Source: Eledone cirrhosa (taxonomy: Eukaryota). Taken from it: DNA of 64,000 bases. Made by a program: the position numbers and the translations under genes. The stretch's first letter is position 1. Every line of letters starts with the position of its first letter. Under the pieces are notes generated by a model that was given only the letters and a program-made list of their open reading frames with translations, did not search any database and was not told the DNA's origin. Positions 28,253-42,252 of this stretch are shown here, in pieces. The stretch is from positions 37,572,001-37,636,000 of the forward strand of contig OZ024751.1 in NCBI GenBank assembly GCA_964016885.1. Reading direction: 5' to 3'.

Positions 28253-28790
28253 TGGGTATGTGTGTGAAGGAGAAAGAGAGAGTGAGATTTTGTCGTTGAA
28301 AATTTGCCTAATATTACGTAACATCTTAAGCCACTGACACTAAAGAAATCATTTTTCTAAGGCATGTCCGTCTAAGGTACTTTTATATATATATATATAT
28401 ATAAGTGGATGAATACTTCAACAGGCACTATGTACTTGTAGAAATATGCAAGGTGTTTATAATATTTGTGGTTCGATATTTATATATATATATTTATATA
28501 TATATATATAAAATGAAACAAAACAAAACACAGGAATCAAATTTACGCAGTTATATTAGGTTCACGCTTGGGGGAAGTGAATGGTGTTTTAAAGTTTCTT
28601 CAGGAAATTTCGGGAGAGAACAGGTAGACGTATAAGTAGTGTGAGAAGGTTAAGGAAGGATGTTAAGAACAAAAAGGGGATTAAGATGAGAAAGATATGC
28701 AGGGGTGGAGGATTGTGAAATGTACGTGTGTGTAATATTGGCATGTTTACATTTTATAGGCCTCATAACACGTTACGGCGTAGTAATAAT

Positions 28791-28972
28791 TGTTTCTACT
28801 TTTGGCACAAGGCCAGACATTACCCAGTACATTACTGGTGCTTTATTTTATCGACCCCGTAAGGATGAAAGGCAAAATTAACCTCGACGGGATTTGAACT
28901 CAGACCGTAAAGGGACGTAACTATGCTAGAAAGCATGGCCTCCAACCTCTACCGATACTGCCATTTCACCGC
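28791..28972 (-). mobile_element. Full-length young SINE
   Basis: Near-identical to 6186-6371; TAGTAATAAT on both flanks. Confidence 0.92.
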
Positions 28973-29809
28973 ACTTCATAGTAATAATATACTTCATAGT
29001 AATAATATACTAATATATGTAGATGTTTCATATTTACATTTCCTATAGAAAGGCCGATAATATAGTATATTTATATATCTTTTGCCTGTTTTCTATTGCC
29101 AACAGCAAAAGATTATTTAATGATAAGTATAAATCTCATAACTTTACAATTTTGCAAAATCAAAAAGTAACACGTTACGTTAAAAGCACCAGATGAAATG
29201 AAATAGTGAAGTTGCATGAGATGATAAAGTTTGTTTTAAGACGGTCGTGATAACATGATTTCACTTCTTTCACTGCTTTATAGATGCGAGTCCGCGCGAA
29301 TCTTTATGAACGTAATTTTTATTCCTTACAAACTAGCAATTGAGAAATAATCGTTTTACGTGACAAAATCGTCTTAAAATCTCTACTGAAAAAGGAAGAA
29401 AATAAAATGTAGCTATTTAGATATATCTGGAAAATTATGCAACGCGTTTCAAACCTTATATAATCTAGCAGATATTATGTAAAAAGAAAAACATATTTGT
29501 AGTTTAAGGAATTACAAAATATTTTACAAGTTTAATATATAAATATAAACATTTATTACGTGTATATGAACTTTGGGAGAACTGAACCCCTCCAGCAAAT
29601 AAAAACACGCATTAGTGAAGAAATAAATTTACCATAAAAAATGCATTATATATGTGTGTGTGTGTATACATATATATATGTGTGTGTGTATGTGTATGTA
29701 TGTGTGTATGTGTGTGTGTGTATATAATTATTTAGAGATAACATACAAATAGTTGATAGAAGAATAAATTTTGAAATGGATTCCAGAATCGCATGTCTAA
29801 TATTAAATA

Positions 29810-29994
29810 TTTGTTTCTACTTTAGGCACAAGGCCAGCAATTACCCAGTACATTACTGGTACTTTATTTTATCAACCCCGTAAGGATGAAAGGCAAAGTT
29901 AACCTCGGCGGGATTTGAACTCAGACTGTAAAGGGACGTAACTATGCTAGAAAGCATGGCGTCCAACCCTCTACCGATACTGCCAATTCACCGC
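29810..29994 (-). mobile_element. Full-length young SINE
   Basis: 14-bp TSD TCTAATATTAAATA at 29796-29809 and 29995-30008. Confidence 0.93.
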
Positions 29995-30544
29995 TCTAAT
30001 ATTAAATAATACGAGATAGAGTTAAATATGTGCTGAATACATTGGAAAGGATGATATTAAAGGAAACATGGTAATATTTGTATAAAGTGAGATGGAGTGA
30101 AATACATATGCCTTCATCAGATACATTTATATATAGAGAGGGAGAGAGAATGGGTTTAGGGAGAGAGAGAATTGCGGTTTATGGAGATAGAGAACGGGCT
30201 TAGGGAGAGAGAGAGAGAGAATTGTAGGTTAGAATGAGATAAAGAGGTGTAGCATGAAATAAATATGGCCGAATGATGACTTACAGACCAATATGTATCT
30301 AGAAACATATTCATTTGTATGACATTTGATAATTTTTGTTTACTAACAATAGATTCTGTTTTAAGCACAAAACTAACAACATTGGGAGGGGGATGAAAGC
30401 CGATTAAATCAACTCCAGTTAATTACTGGTGCTTTATTTTATCCACTAGGTGAGCCCTCATCGTAGAAGAATCTGCCCTCTGAAACGATCGTAAAATTAT
30501 GAACTAACTATCTACATATCTCTGACTTCTTTTTGTTTTCATTG

Positions 30545-30627
<83 letters not shown>

Positions 30628-31437
30628 GATATATAATATTCGTGTGTGTGCATATATGTATGGACAGAGAGGTGTTTATAAGTCGATATATAAATGATAT
30701 AATACTTGACTATAACTTTGAAATATATCCCTTCTGTATCACATTTGATATATATCCTTGAACGACACTACTTTCATTAAGTGTGTCATTGCTACACACA
30801 CAGCAATCAAGAGCAGTTTCTTATATAATGTGCATGTGCCTTTTGGCTTGATTGTCCTCCGTTTACTGTGTTTATTGAGCCGTGAACTAGACAACCATTA
30901 ACAATGCATCGTATAATTCACTGCTATATCAAAAATCATTCATTTGTACAGTACACGCCATTCTTCAAGTCTTCTACAGTTAGTGCCAAGTAAATGCTTC
31001 AAACCCAAACATTGGTGAAAGTATAAAATAAATACAATATCGGTTAAATGGTGCATGAAGTAAATTATGTTATCGCTTCTTGGAAACCTAACCTATGACT
31101 TTTCGCGCCCCCTCAGGTTAAAGGAGGGAGTTATTTCTGGTGCAGTTAAGAAATCTGAAAAATCGAGTCTTCACATAGGAAATTAATAACTGAAAACATT
31201 TATTAACTAGTAGTGCATAAGTAAATAATGGAAACAGAGTTTTGATATCAAATGTTGTTGTCTATTTCCAGCAATATGCACAGACTAAGAGGAATTTGAA
31301 ACCAATGCCGATCATATAACACACACAAACATACAAACACACAAATAAACAGAATTATATCAATCCCAGTGAAGGGCTATTAACGTGTATTAACTTGCAC
31401 AGATGTTTCCAATAAGCAGAAACGTGTCTGTCTTCAC

Positions 31438-31488
<51 letters not shown>

Positions 31489-31539
31489 ATACATATATAT
31501 GCATATACGCACAGAAATTCTCACAGTCATGTATATATG

Positions 31540-31643
<104 letters not shown>

Positions 31644-33194
31644 AGTACATATATAAATACTATAATAAACTGAAATTGAATTTATTAAAATTAAACGACC
31701 AAAATCGCATTAAAATGTGTTATTAATATAGAAGTGTGTTTGTAGAAATAATTGAATAATTTTAGAGAATGTCACTTCTATGCACGAAGTTTAGTTCTCT
31801 TATCATAATTGTTGTTGGCAAATCCGGATTATATGAAAGTGTGCACCTTATATTGATACAGATCTTCACGTTTTTCTTCAGCTGTAATTGTAAATTGTAT
31901 ATGTCTCAATTATGCCTTGCGTTATCTCCGGAATTACAGAGCGTACTCTGCTTATGCAGATATGACTACTGATTTAAACGTTGTTTATATCAAATTCTGC
32001 AAAGCTAGACATTAAGATTAATAGTTATATTCTGGCACATTCTGAAGCCTAATTGAGAGTTTATATGAATCCAAGTTATACTTTACTTTCAATTCTTAGA
32101 GGAATGTTATCCGTTTAGCCATCGAGATAATGAAATATGTATTGTAGCTACATATGATATTCATGTGCACTCTAATATGAAACCGTTTATCATTGGCTTA
32201 TGTTTCGTAGCATATATTTTAATATAATCAACGTGTAAATGTATGATGCAGATAACCTGGCCATTCATAATGCATTTGAATTATATTATAGATATGAAAT
32301 GAAATCAATGTTAAGATTTATAAGTTTCAGCTAATAGCTTTAGTTTTAGGTGCTATATGGTCCAAACGGGAGGAGCACAATAGAAGAAAATATTTTGTAG
32401 CATTTAATTTCTTCTTCGCGTGTTCTGAGTTTAAATTCAGGCTAAACAGTCATAAATATGAACTGTCATCAATTGTAACAATTATAATCACTCATATATA
32501 AATTATTGAATACTTCTCAGCTAAAATAATTGACCATGAGAGGACAGGAAGGAGATGAATTGAGTCGGTTTTATGATGAGGGTTTAGGCTGCTCCAACAA
32601 CGGAACAGCCTACTTGTAACAATTAACATATAGGTGGCAGAGTTTTCTACAGTCACGAGAACGCAATATTCGGCGTGATTACAATGTGTTACAAAGTTAG
32701 TCCGTTGAATTACGTGTGTAAGTTCTTCATAAAGCTTGGCTGGTCCGAATACATAGGTCGAACCTTGAACCTTATGATTACGAAGACAACTTCTTAACCG
32801 TTCGATCATAGCGTGTGCATGATAGATCAATATAACAGAAATACAAACGGCTTGGCTTCAAAAGTGATATTACAAAATTGATATTTATTTTGTATGTATA
32901 GTTCCATATCTCCAGGTAGAATTGTAGGAACGTGGAGATATACAGAACTGTCGTATCATTTCAAATGACGGAATTAATTTCCTTTCCATGTCAGAGCACG
33001 ACAAATCTATTGTAGAGAAGGAGAGAGAAAATGAGAAACACAGAAATATAATCGACTTCACTATTCGATTCATAATTTTTTTTAATCGATCTAGACATAA
33101 AGAAAGGCAAAGTTGACCTCAGCGGGATTTGAACTCACAGCGCAGCCTACTGGAGGGAATAGCGTATATCCTAACACAAAAACGCACAATATAT

Positions 33195-33256
<62 letters not shown>

Positions 33257-33289
33257 TATATAGAGGTTATATTTAATTTGTTGGGATAC

Positions 33290-33682
33290 AACAAGGAAAA
33301 TATTTTTATAACTGATATAAAGCACTCAAATTAATTGGAGTAAATATACAATATATTAACAAATGGAAACTGTGTTTATAAACCCATATTTATTTCATTA
33401 TACATATTTCGAGGGCCACCAAGGCAGATTATGGAACGCATTCATCAGATAAAATATAATATAGATTAGTTTTATAAATAAATATTGACATACCCTGAGA
33501 CTCCAGGAGACTCCAACCGTGAAGGTTGCATTTTTCAGGGTATGTCAATATTTATTCATAAAACTAATCTATATTATATTTTATCTGATGAAAGCGCACC
33601 ATAATCTGTCTTGGTGGCCCTTGAAATATGTATAATGAAATAAATATGGTTTTATAAATATAGTTTCCATTTGTTAATATAT
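33290..33682. mobile_element. Family A repeat as an inverted pair (about 150-bp arms), each arm with a hammerhead motif
   Basis: Arms 33351-33498 and 33535-33682. Plus-arm motif 33577-33642: UAUUUUAU-CUGAUGA-stem II-GAAA-UAUGUA-UA|AUGAAAUA. Minus arm has the same core. Confidence 0.85.
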
Positions 33683-33690
33683 TATATCTA

Positions 33691-33823
<133 letters not shown>

Positions 33824-33891
33824 CAAACATACAGGCACTAAAAAAATTGAGAATAGATATACATATATGTGTATGGGTGTGTGCGTGCGTG

Positions 33892-33988
33892 CATGTGTAT
33901 GTCTATTTATGTATGTGTGTCCATGTGTATGTCTATTTATGTATGTGTGTCCATGTGTATGTCTATTTATGTATGTGTGTCCATGTGT
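33892..33988. repeat. 30-bp tandem repeat x3 (CATGTGTATGTCTATTTATGTATGTGTGTC)
   Basis: Direct reading. Confidence 0.9.
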
Positions 33989-34269
33989 AGTTCTGTGATG
34001 GGGTGTAAGTATGAACATAATTTTATCGAAATATACTTAGATCTAATAACCGTTTAGTAGTAATAGGCTACGAATTTATGCAATTATCGAAATATTTTCT
34101 ATGTATAAAATACACGTAGCGTTTTTTTTGTTTTGCTTTTTGTGCATAACATTTAAATGAATATAAATTTAATAATAGATAGGAGAATTATTAGCTGATT
34201 TACAAGCGGTCGTTGAAAACATTCCAGAAAATCGTATTCACGTGCATATATATATATATGCATATATAT

Positions 34270-34412
34270 AGGATGCAGTAAAAACTTGCTAGTCCATAAC
34301 TCACCAGAGTATTTGATACTTGGGGTAGTAGAGTGGGTATTATGAAGGATTCGGGATCCCGACGGCCGAGCTCCCGCCGTTTCAACAGCTAGTTCCGATC
34401 TGAGTCGTCGGT
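34270..34412 (-). mobile_element. Family C repeat; only copy with a core-like CCGACGA upstream of GAAAC..GUC
   Basis: Minus strand CCGACGA-CUCAGAUCGGAACUAGCUGUU-GAAACGGC(GGGAGCUCG)GCCGUC|GGGAUC. Confidence 0.65.
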
Positions 34413-35524
34413 GCATACATACATACATTGATGAAGTGTCTATATTTAGAAACGTTGAGTGATTTACGAAGGTTGAATTGAAAGCTATCTTGAAGTTAAT
34501 TGCTTCAATGCATGTTTCTATCAATAAGAGTTGGTTTAAAATGTTGGCCATACGGCAGGTGTTAGGTCGAATCCCACCGGTGTGGCTGTTCACTTTTACT
34601 CTCCAGTGGCCAATACAACGACCTTAGACCATGTATCATAGTCGTAAACGTGTCATGAAGATGTTAACACACACACACACACACATACATATATATATAT
34701 ACTATTTCCGTAGGAAGGGTAAAGAAAAGGAGAATGCTCTATACATTTTTTTGTAGAGCTGGTCTGTTTAGTGAAACCTTTGGTAAATGGAATAATTGTC
34801 TTATGTTGTTTATTACATAACTATATGTATATATATTAGTGAACGTAAGCTCGGTATTTTCGGCAAATAACCCCTTCTCAACCAATTACTTCAGACAGCT
34901 TTTTTCAGACTACATTAGCCAATATATACAAACCCAGACTTTACGATACCAAATATTTTCTGTTTGAAATTTCTATATCAATTACAGATGCATAAGTTTT
35001 CAAACTATTTTGAACCATGTTATATTTGCTTAAGAAAACTATATTTATATATTCGATGGAATTTACATTATATTCCTTTATCGGAAATATAAATGTAAAA
35101 AAGAATAATAAATAGACCTTGTAAACTATTAAATAATAAATAACCAGTACTGTCATAAATGATATTTTAATAACGTTTGATATAAATATATCATAGCATT
35201 AATATTGTAAAAGATAACAAGAAAAGCACTTTTAATGTTATAGTATGCGTTGTTTTAAATAACCATAGAAACGACTGATAGAACCTTAGCGAAACACGTC
35301 ACCTTAGTTTAGATTAGAATTTTAGTTAGACTAAATACTATTTGGATACAATTCGGTAGGTTTCACTGGACCGTACCTGACATAGTTTACGAATACATTT
35401 GCAAATATAGTACTATAGGTGTGACTGTCATAGAAAATATTATCTTAAATATCGAAATAAAGCTACAATTGTTTTGTAAAAATAATGGGATTGATGAGTT
35501 AATATCTGTATACAACAACTACAA

Positions 35525-35750
35525 CGGTACGCGATGGGGCCCACCCACAACCCCGGCGGACAGAATGGAGAAGGCGTTTACCCGGAGGACGGCAAGGGAG
35601 ACGCGCTGGAAAAGCCACTCCAACTCGCGGGGCTCACACCTGCGGCTGGCCAGCTCAGCACCTATGGTGGTGAGTAAGGATGTAGCTCTGGAGCCGAGGA
35701 CACTAGAAGTGCTAAATGTATCCAGGTGCTCCAATCGGTCATGCGTTAAG
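35525..35750 (-). mobile_element. 3' fragment of a CRE-like (restriction-endonuclease) non-LTR retrotransposon
   Basis: TSSVLGSRATSLLTTIGAELASRRCEPRELEWLFQRVSLAVLRVNAFSIL fits the C-terminal T.G..G..A..L...IG...PRE..WL.QR.S.A..RGNA..I pattern; GC-rich island. Confidence 0.75.
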
Positions 35751-35847
35751 TTTTAATAAGTATAAAATATATATTTTATTCTATATTTACTCCTCTGAAA
35801 TAATTGAGATAAAACTCTTCAGGTTTTCCTCATTTCAGAATTACTAA

Positions 35848-36065
35848 CCCTTTAGCATTTAAACCGGCCATATCCGGCCGGTATTTTTTCATCTCTTTCT
35901 GTTTAAACCAGCCCTAACTGGCCACTCATACTTATGTTAAGGTATAGTTCTTAAATTAACTAATATCAAAATCTTATAGATTTGATATGTGAGATAATTA
36001 TTTATGATAAAGGCTTTACCATGAAAATACAACAGTATATATAGAGTAGTGTAAATGCTAAAGGG
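35848..36065. mobile_element. piggyBac-like MITE
   Basis: 14-bp TIR CCCTTTAGCATTTA...TAAATGCTAAAGGG; flanks CTAA and TTAA; no ORF. Confidence 0.8.
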
Positions 36066-36804
36066 TTAAATGTCTTAAATAACCACAAAGGGAAATAAAT
36101 GTTTTTCATCCCTTGTCATATAAATGAACCCATCCTAATACTTTTTAACAACGCTCTATTTCATATATTTATATTTAATTACTGTGACAGCGTTTGAACA
36201 TTGTTCAAATAGTCTTATATATGTAAAAATAAGGACGGACAGATATAAAGAAACACTAAATATCAAGCGGAACTTAAGAAGGATAAGTAAAGTATATACA
36301 GGTAAAGAATACACAAGTAAAGTATACACAGGAGGATTGGGAAATGAAAACTTAAAATTCGAGTCAGAGAAATATCTAGAGGGAGTTACATAGAGAGAGA
36401 CAGAAGGGGAGAGAAGGACAAAGAAACATAATTTTTTCTAAAACTACGATGTTTGTCCGTGTATTATGATTGTCTTGTTTGGAATGTAGCTCATTCAATG
36501 AATCACGCCTGCCTAAAAAACATCGCTAACCCTCAACAGAATATTTACGTTGATATTTGTTTTATTGTTATCTCCCTTTAGGTTTACATGTTTCTCGTTG
36601 CCAAAGTATGTCTTTCATACTTAAAGGCTCCAATTTTCTCAAGTACAAAGCTTTGATATAAACTTGAAGTTGTTATAAAAAGAAAAAAAAAACGATAGGT
36701 TTGAAATGAAGCCCATTAACAACGCAAAGAGCCACATCCATCAATGTGGCTACATTTAGTTGAAATATTAAAAGTAAAAAGGTGAAATGTAGAAAACGAT
36801 GTTG

Positions 36805-36864
<60 letters not shown>

Positions 36865-37261
36865 TAAGAACTATAAACGAGGTGATATATTTTAATTGTA
36901 AATATATTGTTTAACTTGCATAGATGTTTGAGTATTTTTGTTGACTAATGTACACAATTGAACATTTCTATAACGTAGATATTCATATGTGAAAATATTG
37001 GTGTATAACGCAATGAATTATGTAATGTTTTGACAAATCCATTTATCACAGTGTCATGTTGTATGTGTTTCAAAGAAACGTGTTAAAGTAGACAACACTA
37101 AACCAAGAAATTGTTAACATTGATAAATCCACGTATTTTCAACATCAAAGTTTATCACTAAATATATCACCACCATGCATATATATGAAGCATGAATTAT
37201 ATTCATCTTTTCTGAGTAACATTTCTTCCCCATACTTGCACGCATACATACACAAATAAAC

Positions 37262-37341
<80 letters not shown>

Positions 37342-37808
37342 ATAGGAGCCTGCCAGCATGTTGGTCAAAAGAAACAAGGTTTCCATTGATCTGTCCATTG
37401 CTGATAGTATCTGGCAGTTGTAACTCCTGGAAGAAGCGTCAACGCTTTTCAAGTGTCATTTATATATATAGATATGTTTGTGTATGTGTGCGTACGTTTA
37501 AGTTTGTGTATGTGTTGTAAAAACACATTTATCAATGAAATACTGTCGTTCCAGTTATTTACGACCGGCAGTTCAATACATGTATTTTTGCACAACAAAA
37601 TCTATCTAATCATTGATGAGAAAACACTGAACAAATACGCTTCCCATGTATACACAAAATCACTCACACATATAGACACTTGTAAATGTATATATATATA
37701 TATATTTGCAAAATTATGCGTATACGCACTATACAGACACATACTCCCATATATATACTAATACTGTTTGTAATATGTACTCCTGCGTTGTTTGTTTGTT
37801 TTATTCTG

Positions 37809-37857
<49 letters not shown>

Positions 37858-37900
37858 AACAAATTCGTATACACACTACACAAACGCTCAAATGTATGTA

Positions 37901-37931
<31 letters not shown>

Positions 37932-38996
37932 ATATGTATGTATATATATATGTATGCATATATATATATATATATATATTAATATATATGCACGCCTACG
38001 TTACTCGTAATGTTACATTAGATATATTTAGCTGAATGTCTATCATATATGCATAACTAAATAAACATATATTCATGTGAGATTTTAGGGAAATAAATGT
38101 ACGTGTTTCATAAGGAATGGGCTTTCACCTAATATGGTTAACACACACGCACACAAACATATATAGGCACACGCAAACACACACACAAACGCGTGCGCAC
38201 ACACGCAGATAGACACAAAATGTTTGAGTGAATTTGGAATTCCGCCAGAAGCGACTTATTCAAATTTCGCTGTCTACGCTCTACATAATTATTGACTTTT
38301 TCTGTTCACTGAATTCATGTCGTACATATGTATTTAAAACACTTATTTGTATCATCATAAACATATATACATGCCTGCACTCCTCACATATGCGCGTTGA
38401 ATGTGTGAGCGTGTGTGTGTGTGTATGTGTGTGTGTGTGAGTGAGAGAGCTGGAGATAGAGATGTTAAAAATTATATATATTATATATAGAGAGAGATGG
38501 AGATGGAGAGAGAAGGAGAGATGGAGAAAGAAAGAGAGAGAGAAGGGGGGGGATAGAGAGAGGGAGTAAAAGAAAGAGAGATGGATGCCAGGCAACTGGA
38601 TTAAGAAACAGTTCAGCATGTGAAAATATATTCAATTGTCATATCTTATTAATATGCTAAAGAACACATTTTAAGAAAGCAAAATAAAATTGCTTGCCTT
38701 GCAGCATATTTACAAACTTGTTATATATGAGAAATAGTATATTTTTGCTTTAAAAATTACTAATGCTACAATGCATCAAATCTAGCAGAATCTAAAATAA
38801 TGTGTAATAAAAAAATTACTTGAACATGTATAGTAGAGTCCCGTAACCTCCAATGGAGATGTAGGTGTGCTGTATGGACATACGGCATTTCTAGGGCTTT
38901 CTTTTACATTTTAAACCTGGCAGAGGTCATCTATTTTCCTGGTTTGAATATAGCAGATTTTTTCCAGAGACAGAATATGTGTGCGTATGCGTGTGC

Positions 38997-39044
<48 letters not shown>

Positions 39045-39045
<1 letters not shown>

Positions 39046-39238
39046 AAAAGAGTCAGGACCCCGACGGCTGAGCTACGGCCGTTTTGACAGCTAGATCCGA
39101 ACAGGTAGCTGTCGAAACGGCCGGAGCTCAGCCATCGAGGTCCTGAATCTTTTATTATTACCCACTCTACTACTCTAAGAATTGAGTACTCTGGTGCGTT
39201 ATGGTCCGTCTGGTTTCTTGCCATACTTTCTTTGTTAT
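39045..39238 (+). mobile_element. Family C repeat with fold-back palindrome, next to (TA)n
   Basis: Inverted arms about 39052-39147 centred on GACAGCTA...TAGCTGTC. Confidence 0.8.
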
Positions 39239-39403
39239 AAATATATATATATTTACATAGTATTAAAGGTGCAATTGGATTGCCTTCACAGGTGGTATTC
39301 CAAGATGAGCACTCCATGCTATTAGGGAGCAGAGTATCGAAAATAATATGTAATATGTGATTAAATATGTATATGATACAACACTGATTCTTTTTTCCCT
39401 AAT

Positions 39404-39484
<81 letters not shown>

Positions 39485-39606
39485 TATATATATATCTTTC
39501 TTTCTCTCTGTGTAAAATTTTCTCACTGCCGGTTTAACCTCTTCAAATGCAAGTCGGTGTTATAACGGTATGTCGAATCTATTTATCTATAAAACTGTTT
39601 ATATTG

Positions 39607-39672
39607 TATTTTGTCTGAGGAAGGCATAGCATATTGTTAATATGATATACCCGAAATATATATAATGAAATA
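39607..39672 (+). ncRNA. Hammerhead ribozyme motif, family A (within repeat about 39566-39760)
   Basis: UAUUUUGU-CUGAGGA-stem II (GG..CAUAUU/AAUAUG..CC)-GAAA-UAUAUA-UA|AUGAAAUA. Confidence 0.75.
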
Positions 39673-39805
39673 AATATGGTTTTATAAATATAGTTTCCAT
39701 TTATTTAATATTGTAAATATACTCCAAATATTTGTCGAGTGCTTTTATATCAGTTATAAATATTTACTAGTTGTAACCCAACAATTTTAAATATAACTTT
39801 CCATG

Positions 39806-39842
<37 letters not shown>

Positions 39843-40018
39843 GTGTGTATATAAGTATGTATGTATACGTACATACATATATGTATACAGACGTACAGTA
39901 GTATGTATATATATACATACATGCACACACATATATATGTATACAGACGTACAGTAGTATGTATATATATACATACATGCACACACATATATATGCACGT
40001 ATATACGTAGGAAGGTAT

Positions 40019-40061
40019 ACGATGCTGAGGATAGCTAATAATCTTGAAACTAGTACATCGT
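40019..40061 (+). ncRNA. Minimal hammerhead ribozyme motif
   Basis: ACGAUG-CUGAGGA-UAGCUAAUAAUCUU-GAAA-CUAG-UA|CAUCGU. Perfect 6-bp stem I, palindromic loop III, GUA site, weak stem II. Confidence 0.75.
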
Positions 40062-40350
40062 TCCTGTGTCAGTGTTGAACAAAAAGGTGACGTGGCTGCC
40101 TAAACACTGTGCGGCGTAATTCGGGCTGTTTGTTTGTTTACAAACAAACAAACCGAACATTATAATAAATGTTCGGTAAACCGATACGTGCATATATATA
40201 TGTGTGCATGTATGTATATACATACTACTGTACGTCTGTATACATATATGTATGTACGTATATATACATACATACATACTTACATTTAAGTAACTGCCGT
40301 ACTAAGAGTGAGAAATGAAATTTCGTTTCATTCTATTCCATTTATGTGTG

Positions 40351-40382
<32 letters not shown>

Positions 40383-40963
40383 CGCGTATGTGTATGAGAA
40401 TGTATGTATATACGTACGTACATATGTAGGTGGGTGTACGTATGATGAACACATATGCCACGTGAACTTTACAAAAATATTACAAAACAGCTTGTAATAT
40501 AATTTCGTTATGTCATCATAACTACGACAACCACACAGACAGAAATAATTCACAGAAACGTATTGTGCTTTAATGCAATAAAAAACACTTATTCAATATT
40601 GCTAATCTGAAGTATACTTAACTTAAATATTTTAAACTTCAGACATAATAACTAGAATAAAAAATATAATATATATAATAAATGAAATTTGATACCCTTC
40701 TATTGATTACACATCAAATTCGATTTCGATTCGTTTGTTATTTGGGTGTCTTTAGTAAGAGAAATTAATCGTAGTATATTTTCAGGAATTTCACCAATAT
40801 ATTTTTATATGTGTATGTATATATACATAGTAAAATCTCCGTATGTGTCATGTGGTACTGTAAATAAATATATACATATACACTAAGTCCATATATACAA
40901 AGGAACCAAACTCCCACTGCCTCCAGCTCTCTCTGCTCTTCCCATCTCTCAGTATTATGAGAT

Positions 40964-41152
40964 GGGCAGTGGATTGCCAGTATCGGTAGAGAGTCGGACA
41001 TCATGCTTTGAAGCATAGAGTTACGTCCCTTTATGATCTGAGTTCAAATCCCGCCGAGGTTCACTTTGCCTTTCATCCTTACGGGGGTCGATAAAATAAA
41101 GTACCAGTAATGTACTGGGTAATTGCTGGCCTTGTGCCTAAAATAGAAACAA
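40964..41152 (+). mobile_element. Full-length young SINE
   Basis: Same sequence as 6186-6371; ATTATGAG on both flanks. Confidence 0.9.
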
Positions 41153-41454
41153 TTATGAGCATATGAGGGTCTATGCACTGGACGCCCTGCGGCCCCGACA
41201 ACTGAAGAGATATTATTTTTTACCACCGTCTGGCAAACAAACGCCACGCCCTATCAAATTCATTTTCTAAGTTTCAATTAGATTTTAAGGAACACAAACT
41301 TAAGTCGAAAGAAACGGAGCGGAAGAGATATGCTCAAAATCTTCATATAAAAATCTGCTGTTTGTCTCCTTGTATATATGTAACTATGTAATTCTTTATA
41401 GGCTTACATACAAAAACACACACACAACTATATATATATATATATATATAGTGA

Positions 41455-41595
41455 AAATTTGAACGGGAACAAAAACAGAGAGTCAGACAAATAAAGGTTT
41501 ATTAAGGTTCACGCTCTTGAAAGTGTGAGTGGGGGGAGGCGTTTCAGGCATAAGCCCTTCTTCAGGAGAAAATTGAGTAGGAAGAGAGTTCCGAG
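41455..41595 (-). mobile_element. Repeat with degenerate hammerhead core (putative pLTR); related copy at about 28515-28625
   Basis: CUGAAGA-A-GGGC(UUAU)GCCU-GAAA-CGCC-UC with no stem I; shares TTAGGTTCACGCT...TTCTTCAGGA with the 28.5-kb copy; between (TA)n tracts. Confidence 0.5.
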
Positions 41596-41596
41596 G

Positions 41597-41681
<85 letters not shown>

Positions 41682-41880
41682 ATTAGCTGGCTGTTGCAGT
41701 CCGGTTAAGGATGCCGTGTTTGGTAGGATTGGTGGTCCCCGTTTGATTTGCGGAATTTGGAGGATGACTATGGTTTGGTTAGGCAGAAGACATACATACA
41801 GTCTTGCATTCAGTTTAGTGTATTTGCTAGGGGGACTAGTAGACTGATTGGAGCAATAATGGTCTTATACACACACACAC

Positions 41881-41922
<42 letters not shown>

Positions 41923-41982
41923 GGGGGGGGGGGTCTTATATATGAAATGCGATTAATCTTTGGTATCATTTAATTTATATAA

Positions 41983-42159
41983 GGGCGGTGAATTGGCGGT
42001 ATCGGACGCCATGCTTTGATACATAAAGTTACGGCCCTTGCCATTCTGAGTTCAAATCCCGCGTAGGTTAACTTTGCCTTTCATCCTTACGGGGTCGATA
42101 AAATAAAGTACCAGTAATGCACTGGGATAATTGCTGGCCTTGTGCCAAAAGTAGAAACA
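41983..42159 (+). mobile_element. Young SINE with small internal deletion in the head
   Basis: ATCATTTAATTTAT on both flanks; body matches the family. Confidence 0.9.
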
Positions 42160-42186
42160 ATCATTTAATTTATGTAACTATATATA

Positions 42187-42252
<66 letters not shown>

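Noticed and set aside
36582-36605. 24-bp microexon candidate (TTTAG|...|GTATGT)
   Set aside because: Too short to distinguish from chance without RNA data.
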